Assembly: GCF_000150275.1 (NCBI RefSeq) | Contig: NW_002060949.1 | Coordinates: 2,167,836-2,231,835 of the forward strand | DNA from: Trichoplax adhaerens | Taxonomy: Eukaryota > Animalia > Placozoa | DNA length: 64,000 bases | Reading direction: 5' to 3' | In this document: one piece after another, positions 54,284-64,000 of the stretch | How positions within the stretch are numbered: the stretch's first letter is position 1 | How the letters are laid out: the number at the start of each line of letters is the position of its first letter | Notes under the pieces: model-generated | Database searches by the model: none | Told to the model about the DNA's origin: nothing | Seen by the model: only the letters and a program-made list of their open reading frames with translations | Translations under genes and position numbers: made by a program

Positions 54284-54299
54284 GGCTTTTAAAAAAGCC
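54284..54299 (-). terminator. Histone mRNA 3' stem-loop, followed by a purine-rich downstream element
   Basis: Minus strand CCAAC-GGCTTT-TTTA-AAAGCC-ATAAA gives a 6-bp stem and 4-nt loop about 60 nt after the stop codon. AAAGAAA follows about 10 nt further on. Confidence 0.9.
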
Positions 54300-54361
54300 G
54301 TTGGTAGACTCAAATGCTAAACATTCGAATTATAGAGTAGTGGATTTAGTAGTCCATGAAT

Positions 54362-54736
54362 TTACTTGCTGCTGGTGTATTTGGTGACAGCTTTGGTACC
54401 TTCGCTGACGGCGTGCTTAGCCAATTCACCGGGCAAGAGAAGACGAACAGCGGTCTGAATTTCCCTGCTGGTAACGGTAGAACGCTTGTTGTATTGAGCC
54501 AAGCGGGAAGCTTCATTGGCGATACGTTCGAAGATATCTTGAACGAAAGAGTTCATGATGCTCATGGCCTTGCTGGAGATTCCAGTGTCGGGGTGAACTT
54601 GTTTCAAAACTTTGTAGATGTAGATGGAATAGCTTTCCTTTCTTTTCTTTGCACGCTTCTTCTTTTCAGAAGCTGCGGCGGTGGCCTTGGCTTTTCCGGC
54701 CTTCTTTTCTCCCTTCTTGCTAGCTTTGGCAGGCAT
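54362..54736 (-). CDS. H2B: Histone H2B, intronless, replication-dependent type
   Basis: [35 protein letters not shown]...[34 protein letters not shown]. Confidence 0.99.
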   Translation of the reverse strand: MPAKASKKGEKKAGKAKATAAASEKKKRAKKRKESYSIYIYKVLKQVHPDTGISSKAMSIMNSFVQDIFERIANEASRLAQYNKRSTVTSREIQTAVRLLLPGELAKHAVSEGTKAVTKYTSSK

Positions 54737-54814
54737 GTTTCAAATGAATTACTTGGTGTGTTTATACTTCAATAGTCAAACAGACGAAGATGTGATTGGA
54801 AACTGCTCGCTGCA

Positions 54815-54950
54815 GCTATTTATTACATCCTGGGTGGATCGAGGCTAACCAATCACAGTCCAGATCATTGAAATAGTGGGATCCAGTTAATGCTTGCGAT
54901 CAGGTCCGCAATTAGGAATGGCGGGCAAGTTAAATTATTTGATTGGTTAA
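54815..54950 (-). promoter_or_regulatory. H2B promoter
   Basis: TATA-like TAATAAATA (54817-54825, minus), a GATCC pentamer just upstream (54836-54840), and CCAAT boxes at 54849-54853 (+) and 54942-54946 (-). Confidence 0.6.
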
Positions 54951-56835
54951 GCTTTGATCCGGACTTGAGTACAAGATATAGTACTTTGTATCGTATTCAC
55001 AGTATAAAGTATTGTAATATTGTCATTCTTGCACTCTATCGTCTACCGTGCAGCATCATGGGCCATCGCCGCAGAGTCAGTACGGCTACAGTCATGATTT
55101 ATGTTACGGAACTATGCCTTGGTACCTGTTTCCGAGTAGTGTGGTTTCGAGCAGTCGATATTCAAACAAGAATTTGATAGTAGGAGGATCTTGCACTCCA
55201 TGATTCCCTTACAACAAGCTACAGCCTGAGAGTAGATTTTGTTTCTGCTAACAATCCTTCGGAATGGTAAATCACTAGCCAGAATAAACCCTAACAATAA
55301 ATCACGGTCTACGAGTCCAATAGTATTGAACTACTGTATTTTGAAGGTTTCAATGCGCCACAATACTAATTCATTCGCCAAGCTCCTTCCTTTTGCAGCA
55401 ACCTTGACTAATATACTATTACGGTATACAAATTTCTTGACATCAGATCTGCTATGGGGTGCTCGCCTTGAGACGATAAATAAGGCATAACTACAGTACT
55501 GTATTTTTGAAAGTGATACTTTTCCACGGTACTCTTTAATCATAATATGATGTGAGTATTGTTCAATAAAAGATTGCATTTAGCAATCGGGCCTCAATTC
55601 TTGCATTAATAATATTATTACTTTACTGTATGGTTAATAGTGTTGAGCTACGATTCATCAATGAAAGCTCCCCCAGTTACAAGTAGAATCTAGCGTCTAT
55701 CTGACTATTGGATTCGCAACACTGTAATTCTTTCTTTACAAATTCTCTATACAGTACTTTATCATCAACCTATTCAGTCAAGTTATCATTCAATTGACAA
55801 CATAATTTCAATATGACTCAATTTATTACATCATTTCTTCATTTATGAAATGCATGGAGAATAGAATAACTAAGTTAGTACAAGTGCTAAAATACTACAT
55901 ATTCATATCATCAGATATGAACAGTTTATCTTCTATAAAATAAGGACATCGAAACTTTTCAAAGCTAATGCAACAATAGTACCACTCAGGAGAGTAATAA
56001 AGTTCCATGTAGGCTTCGACAATTTTAATATTTAAACTAGGAGAAATTTATCCCATATATAATAAAAAACATAGGAGACACTGTACTGCATACCAGCAGT
56101 ATAACATGATTGTACATCATATTTTAACTTAAGAATACGATATGATGTCAGATTGATAACGTCACTTCAATGACAGCAACATAAATAAACTTCTATACCA
56201 GTTGGCTTGTAAACTTATTAAAATTATTGGCAAAATTGAGTACTGTAAAACAAGTTTTATCAGCATAGATTAATTACTTAAAGAGCAAAATAATAACGTA
56301 GACGAAAATTTTCAAAACATTCTGGTATTAACGATAGACAAGTGTTCATAATTAATAATACTGATAATATTATCTCCATTAAATCGGTTTAACTCAATTG
56401 AATTAACCAATATCTAATGTAGAAATAGCACTAAAAATGATTAACAATCATTGATCTAAAATTACACATACAGAATCATATAAACACAGAGTGATAATAT
56501 CAAATTACTTTACTATACCGTCACAAGACGAGAACAAAAAATGCCATCCACTAAGTAATTATTTTCCATACTATCAGTTATCATGGCTGTAGAGATAGAA
56601 TACGGCGTTCTTACTATCCTGATAGTATATGAATTATTTAATTAAGAGATAGCACAGGGTAGATCGCTAGATATCTGGAAAAGTGTCGATCATTCTACTT
56701 TTCAAATCGTAGCTTTCATACTTATCAATTAATCCGCTGTTGAATAATCAAATTACCATCATATATTTATGAATAAAATATGACTTTGTATGGACCTTTT
56801 CTAATTAAGTTTTTGTATCATACGCTACAAATATT

Positions 56836-59800
56836 TTAGCAGCATCTTTTAGCCAAAGGATTTTTATACTTGTTAAAGCGACGACGGCGTTGATCTCGTT
56901 CTTTTAGTATCTTTCTTAATTCTGTCATTTTTGTTCGAGTTATTTCGTTTTGATGTTTCGATTTGTCGATATTGTTATTGCATATTGGTATTCCATGATT
57001 GTTAACTGTCTCATTAGCTGTAGAATTGCAAGAATTGTTCTTATCGAACAACGTATGACCTTGCTGTTTCATTGTTGCTGCAATCAAATCGTTGAGAATA
57101 TGGCGAACGGTTGTAGCATCACGCCTCAGGCATCCTCTGTTATCAAAACAGCACGATTTAAATCTACCGGAAAATTTACCAGCATAAATTCCATTATCTT
57201 TCTTTTTGATATATATGTTCGTATTACTGGATGAGGGCATCACATCATCCTTAACTTTGCTAAGCTCATGAACTATTTTCTCATTGCATTCTGTAGACAA
57301 AAAATAAGTGTTAAAATTCATTTAGTAAATCTGTGATCAATAAACGCTGCTGAAAAATTACGCACTAGCAAGCCTAATGACGGTCCATGTACTGCAAATT
57401 ACATGATGACCATATACTATAAATGTAGGTTACTTTACAATACTACCCCAATATTAAAACGACCTACTAACACTTAATGAGTAAATATGCACTGTAATAT
57501 GGATTTCAGCACGATAAAATATCAATTTTTCTTTAGTAATTCATATTTTATCGTCATCTAAACTTATGCAAAACATAAAATATCGTTTAGACTATAACAA
57601 AATTAATCAGTAAAGTAGTAATGCAATATATTTTTGCAATAATGCTTAATCATGCCACTAAATTGAGAATAGAGATTAAACAATAATGCCTTATGTGACG
57701 GCCATTATCGCACGATATACAGCACCATATTTTAGTAAAAATAATTACTTCCAATATAATACAATAAACTTACAGGGTTTATATTTTGATATAGAAAGCA
57801 AAAGTATGACTAATATAACTTATTGCCAAGTAACGCCAGTTTACACATCAATGCGTAGGCAATCAAATTTACCTGCTGTCATATGCCTCGAACAAACGCG
57901 TGGGATGGAAGATAACTGTATTTGTACCAAAACTAAGCGACCTTCCAGTTGGACTGGCAATGTCAATAATTTCCTACCGCACAAAAAGGCTTCGACCTAT
58001 AACCACATGTTCAAAATTCACGTCGTTAATAACATTAGGAATTTATTGTATGTGAATTACCAATAATATAACTGAAAGCCTTAGTCATTAAAAATTTGAT
58101 TCTTATTGTCTACAATTTGATATTTTGTTATCTTTGTAAAATACCCAATATAATGCCTGAAACGCCTTCTAATATACAGATTACAGTCTAGACGATCGTT
58201 TATAAAGACTGTCACTAAGTGTTAAGATTAGCCTAAGATAACCATTTTTTATTACATTTAAGTGAATACTTTTTTAAATATGGTAAGTAAACGTTATAAT
58301 CTGGGACTCTTATAATGATAACGTACACGGTAATCCTCACCCCATAATGCTATAACGAAAATAAAATGATCTATAACGTATAAAAGAAATCATAGGAGGA
58401 AGAACTTATTACTTTATACCATATACATAAATATAGACAATGCTCAATCAAACATATTTAGGTATCACTTCCTATTAAATTAACTATGAATCCATCATTT
58501 CAATTTATCCAGGTGCATAACGATCTACAATGGATTCAACTATGCAATTACATGGATGAGTAAGTACATATAAAAGCCCTTTATATTATATTATAGTCAT
58601 GTCGTAATTAAGTCAAATTAATTATTTTACCTGCTTTATGATAATAGATAATTAGAGTCACGTACATTATTTATATGATTTCAACAGTATCGAAATGATA
58701 CTTCTTGATCAATATGTATAACGCAATGATAATACATGAATGAGTGAACCTATCCTACTGTATATTAGATTTTACGTAAAACAAGGTTAGTTGACTACCT
58801 GTAGCAACTACTACAAATGAAATTTGTCTTAATGACATTAAACTTTATTGAAGGCTAATAAACTGCAATTTTTTTAGTTTAAAAATGAGTCACTTTGTCG
58901 TGTATAAACAACGCACGTCAAGGAAGTAGTAACATATTAAAGCTAGGAGTATGACCAAGAATTAAATCAATTATGATACGAACGCTAGCAAAAATTACCA
59001 TAATGTAAATTATTATCCCTTTATCGCACTTAATTGGCAGCAAAAGATGATAAAACGGGGGGGGGGAATAGTAAAGCAAACTCAAGTCTTAGAATCACTT
59101 TTTTAAATATTGATTGAATAAAAAAAGGAGTTAGAAATTGTAACGGTTCAATACAATATTTGATTCTCATGATACACGTGCAAAATAGGAAGATCCATTG
59201 AAAATTATTATTGATACTGCGACTTCCTCATCTTGACGATGATGATGCTGATGAGTAAACAAATATTACAGATTGGTTACAATGAATACCATTCGAATAA
59301 GCAAAGACAACTCTCAGACGCATTTGTCTACATCGATTGCTATGTAAATTCTATTACGGATGTGTTGGTATGACGAGAAGTAATTTGCAACTATATTGCA
59401 TCATTGTACAGTAATAAAATAAGTTATTTTATCCTTTATGAAAATGTATAATTTCTTTTACAATCAGGATAATGCTTTCATATTGATCGAGTATTTATCA
59501 TTACGTTCTGCAACGATAACTATTTAAAGAGTAGCGATCAAATGACGCATAAAATAATATCTATGGAATGGTCTTGTATAACAACAATGAAATTAGATAT
59601 AATGGCTCGTAATTCTAATAGTTCTGAAACTTATGTCATAATGAAAGGGGTATCATCTTTTTCCTCTATTATTTGAATACATTCTAAATTGACTAATTTC
59701 TGATAAAAGCATCAATATTCTCATGACAGAGAAAGAAATCATTAATAACCAGCTTCGTTCATCTGGTATGACTCATGCATGATTATGAAGTTGACAGAAA

Positions 59801-62800
59801 CTGCTTGAAAATGTAAATGAATAAAGATAACGTTCATGATATACTATTCATGTTACTTTGTTTTCTATATACAGACACTTCTACATACTGCATGTAATTC
59901 ATTAAAAATGTACAGTATACTGTAGAAACTATGATTAGTTTGAGATTTGTTGAGAAAACTTATACAGTATGTGCATTACACACTGTACTAAATCTAGGAT
60001 TTATATATTTGATGATTCTATTAAATTACCATAAGTAAAAGATAATTATTAACCGATACCTTAGTGCACTCAATCAACTGTCGTCCGAAGTTATATGTAC
60101 TGATAATACAATGTAACATTCGCATTAAGGTTATCCTACATGCTGCAATATAAATGACGTACAGTGCCTATAAACTAAATCGTCATATTAATAGTACTAT
60201 CTGTAAAGTGAAAATTTATCAGACAATAGTAGAATGGAAAATGGACAACGTCCGATTAAATTTGTTTAGGGCGAGTGCAGAGAAAGTAAAGAAAGAGCGT
60301 GCGTGATATTACTCCGACAGTGGAAACCCTTTACTGTTCAATTCAATCATGATAAATTATCAGTATGGACTATCACGGCAACTACAATGATAGTCTATCC
60401 AAATTGAGGGTATTAATACTGTAACACTAGCAATGATAGGAAGTGACGAAATCACCATCTCCTACTATGTCTTGTGGGGCTATTGTAAATGAAAGAACAG
60501 TGTAAATAATTTCTAAAATAAAATAAAAAATGACTTTTGTACTTGTACCTTAGTTTAGTACCTGCTACAGTAAATTGTCAAAGACGCGTTATGTACCTAT
60601 CATGACCATTAACAAGTTATAATTCTGTGTTATCCCTCATTTGATTTACAATCGAATGCATTAAATTAAATCTAGCCTACATACTGTAATATACGTTGGC
60701 ATTTGTGTGGTATTTTGATAAAAAATTAAATATCTACCATGTCATAGTTTTACCCTTTTAAAATGATAGCTCTTAAGATATCAACAAGATAATTTAGTAA
60801 CAGTATCAAACCGCCAATATATGGAAAAGTAAAATTTTATGCAATAGATATAATAGGACAATAAGAAAAATATTGAACCAAATCAATTAATAAGAGTCAA
60901 GAAGTTGATTCAATCTTGAAAATCTAAACAATACCACAAGTAATACATATGCATCAAAATTTTATCGACTATCATCATTGTTCCACTATGTGAAAATTTT
61001 CACTAAGCGAAGGACGCAATAACAGGCGAAAGAAAAGGATAGGAACTGAAAGTTGAAAGGCAAAATTTAAAAGTAACAATATCATAAACTACGTATAATA
61101 AATTGCTGAAAATCTAGACTATTATCGCATGGAATTTGATGCTATGAAAGGGTTGGCTATAAGTGAAAAGAATAATACAGTGGCAAATGAAAGGGTACCT
61201 ATCATTTGCCAATTATTTGATTATGCAATCAATTACTTCCTCCCTACGACCTAATAAAGTTGTCATCATGCATTAAGAAAAGCCACTGAGACAAAGATTT
61301 GCGTGAAAAATTAAAATTACCAGTAATCATTAATTAATTAATACTGCCATTGACTATTTCAATCTTGCGTAGCATGTCTCTGCAGTCACCTTCATCTTAA
61401 AATTAAACCAGACACTAACGGCTGATGTATAGATTCAAATAATAATTTTTTCCTACTCAATACAATCGCTGATGAATGTTATTGAAACCTCAAGAGAAAA
61501 ATATTGTAATAATCTTTACATAGACTTTTATGTATATGCACAAGTTGCGATTTACCGTATAACATCAAAAATAACAATGTCATGACCCATACTGTGCTAG
61601 TATAACTGATATCGTAAAAATGGCAGACGCTATATTGAAAGTACATGTAATTTCGAGATCTAGCTAGGTTTGGGTACGATAATAAGCGTTACAAATTCTA
61701 TTGACAACTACAGCTCTAGGTACTGTACTGTGATCATGTTGTAAGCCAATAATGTTTTATTCATCATGTTGATGAATTAGTAACTAAAATACATACGATA
61801 TGTAGGAAAATGATATTAGGATAAGGCAGTCAATTTTAAACTATAATATGTCTTATATGAACAAAGCTATAGCTATTGCACGTATACAAAATGGTATACG
61901 GAATGAATAAGTCATGAATCAATATAGCTACATTATGTATGTATTAATTATCATGTTTCTAAGAAAAAGAAAATTACCGTTTAAGGTAAATATTTTATAC
62001 TTTATAAAACTAAAACTAAAATATTGTAATTTGTTGGTAAATATGGACTAACTTTGAATAGGTGAGGGTAAGAATGAATGAATGGCTTTAGTTCTGACGT
62101 ATGAATAAGATAGTTAAATTTTAATTACTTTGGGAATAACATAAAAAATGATAACATAAAATAGTAACGGTAATATCATATTAATGTACTTAGTTTTTGT
62201 GCAACATCAGACCTGTAAAAATATTGTTACCAATATTGTTAATGCATGAAACCGATACTAGCTAGGTGCAACTTGGCGAGAAAAGTTATAGAGTGCAGAG
62301 TAAAAAATAACAGTAGTATGGGGGTGGTAACTTATAAAGTTCATGTAAAGGTGAACTAAGCTGCCTACATCTAATTTAAAAACCATCTATTGATATAGTT
62401 GATGGGTGGAGGAGGAGGAGGAGGTGGAGATGAAAGATACAGAAAAAAGTGATCACCATAGATTTTGTTAGTCAACACCGCCCATTATTTTTTCCCGAGG
62501 TGTTTATTTTTAACAAGAACTATTCTAATCCATCATAAACTTAGCCGCCAGTTGACAGGCGCTATAATTTAATCTGTACTTTTTGGTCAGCTAGAGTTTA
62601 CGAGAATTTCATGCGACAACATTATATCGCGATATTTATTTTATGACTATCTAAAAAAACACTTAATCTACTTTGATAATAATTATTATATCTATCATCC
62701 TTGAAATATCTACACTAAAAATGAAAATGGTCAATCGATCAATATCTTATTTCAGTCATGCAGACAGATAGGCAATGAAGCTTGATTATAACTTGCAAAA

Positions 62801-63854
62801 TAATAGCAAATTGCATTCTACAGTAGCGTGCACTAGAAGGAAATACATGCAAAAGAGACATAATAACATTCTATGACTTCATAATTTTGCGTAATTACTC
62901 ACGAGAACTAACTAAAAATAGATAAAGATTACAATATTTGACTCTAAGAAAGAAACATTGTTTCAACCTGGATATAACAGTAAAGAGGAAATGGACAATC
63001 TTGCTATAATATTATATCAATGAGCAATTAACTAATATATCTTTCTAACGTAATACCCTATTCTTGACTTGAAGTAAATATTGCCAATATTGTCAATTAT
63101 AGAAAAATTATTAGTATTATTGCAAATGATGACAATTTGCAGTATGGAAAAAACTCCATTTGTTATCTTACAAATTTGATATCGTATAAGTAGATTCAAT
63201 ATCAAAAAGGTATTACTATAAAAACTAGCGTAGCAATTAAAAATGTTGAAGTAGGGAAATGATTGCAACAATACAGGATGAAGGAAGGGTAAATTATTGA
63301 TTTGATATACCAAAGAATAAAATTCTCCCCCCCCCCGTATTTCAACAACAGACAATAATAAAGCAGATATTTTTATACATTGACAACTAGGTAGGTTTCG
63401 TGGTGGTCGAGATAGATGCGTTCTGTTCTCGAATATGGAGGTATCAAAAATGTGTGAAAGAGCAAAGAATAAATACATAGAAAACAAAGAGCATGACTAA
63501 AATAGAATAACTTTAAAACGAGCCGGAGGAAAGAAGGAAACCCGACTAACAATGACATGAAAACAAAAAACAAGATGTAAGATTGCATAAAAATCTCAAA
63601 ATAGATTGCAAATTTGACTCTCATTTCACAGTACAACCCTGTCATTAAATAAAATGATCAAAGATGCGGCTATGATAAGGTTACATTAATACTATGGTTT
63701 ATGAATGAAATCTCGAACAACAACACTGTATTTCAATGTTGTCCAGCAAATAAAAGATGATAGGATAATATTAGATTATACGATTACTTACTTGTGCATC
63801 TGATAAGCAATCCAGGCTTCTTACTGGTGTTGTACTACAAGGGCTGTGCCAATT
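56836..63854 (-). CDS. MIDN: Midnolin, 3' part (Catch1, Catch2, C-terminal helix); the 5' Ubl exon(s) would lie beyond the window
   Basis: Exons 63792-63854, 57873-57996 and 56836-57290 splice in phase. SLDCLSDAQ|VEAFLCGRKLLTLPVQLEGRLVLVQIQL resembles MIDN [77 protein letters not shown] resembles [65 protein letters not shown] resembles ENRATRCKVERLQLLLQQKRLRRK. Confidence 0.88.
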
Positions 63855-64000
63855 CTAATCGTTTAATAAAAAAATGATCATATTAATACCATACAACTAG
63901 GTAATACGCAATTTGAATGATGACTATTAAAATTCTGCTAGTGTGAAGGTACCAAAAAGAATGAAAGCAATAGAACGCATTTATGAACTACAGCAGAAAA

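Noticed and set aside
54356-54775. 139-aa ORF antisense to H2B
   Set aside because: Typical antisense shadow of histone codon usage.
54890-55600. Expected divergent H2A, or a telomerase-RNA-like template (AACCCTAAC near 55287)
   Set aside because: No H2A sequence in any frame. The short telomere-complement match has no supporting pseudoknot, CR4/5 or H/ACA features, and a similar match occurs at ~2819.
63032-63645. Hydrophobic 151-aa and 90-aa minus-strand ORFs
   Set aside because: Phe/Leu/Ile-rich translations of T-rich midnolin intron sequence, with no motif support.

Overview
AT-rich eukaryotic (animal) genomic DNA with compact, intron-rich genes. The style fits an early-branching metazoan such as the placozoan Trichoplax, but this is an inference. 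Manual splicing supports 11 protein-coding loci: (1) a 7-exon PRXL2C/AAED1-like thioredoxin-fold gene (- strand) with an in-frame TGA in a UxxC motif and a textbook form-2 SECIS in its 3' UTR, i.e. a selenoprotein invisible to the ORF track; (2) an intronless PDZ-C2-RhoGAP Syd-1 homolog; (3) BTBD19; (4) aminopeptidase O; (5, 9) two intact uroporphyrinogen decarboxylase paralogs; (6) a CLCC1-like ER membrane protein; (7) mitochondrial ATP synthase delta; (8) CENP-C; (10) a solitary stem-loop histone H2B; and (11) the 3' part of a very compact midnolin (Catch1, Catch2, C-helix). Several 136-174 bp local tandem duplications and clusters of a TACAGTA/TACTGTA motif occur in non-coding DNA. No rRNA, tRNA, CRISPR array or intact transposon was seen. 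Gene identities come from recognising motifs by eye, not from database searches.
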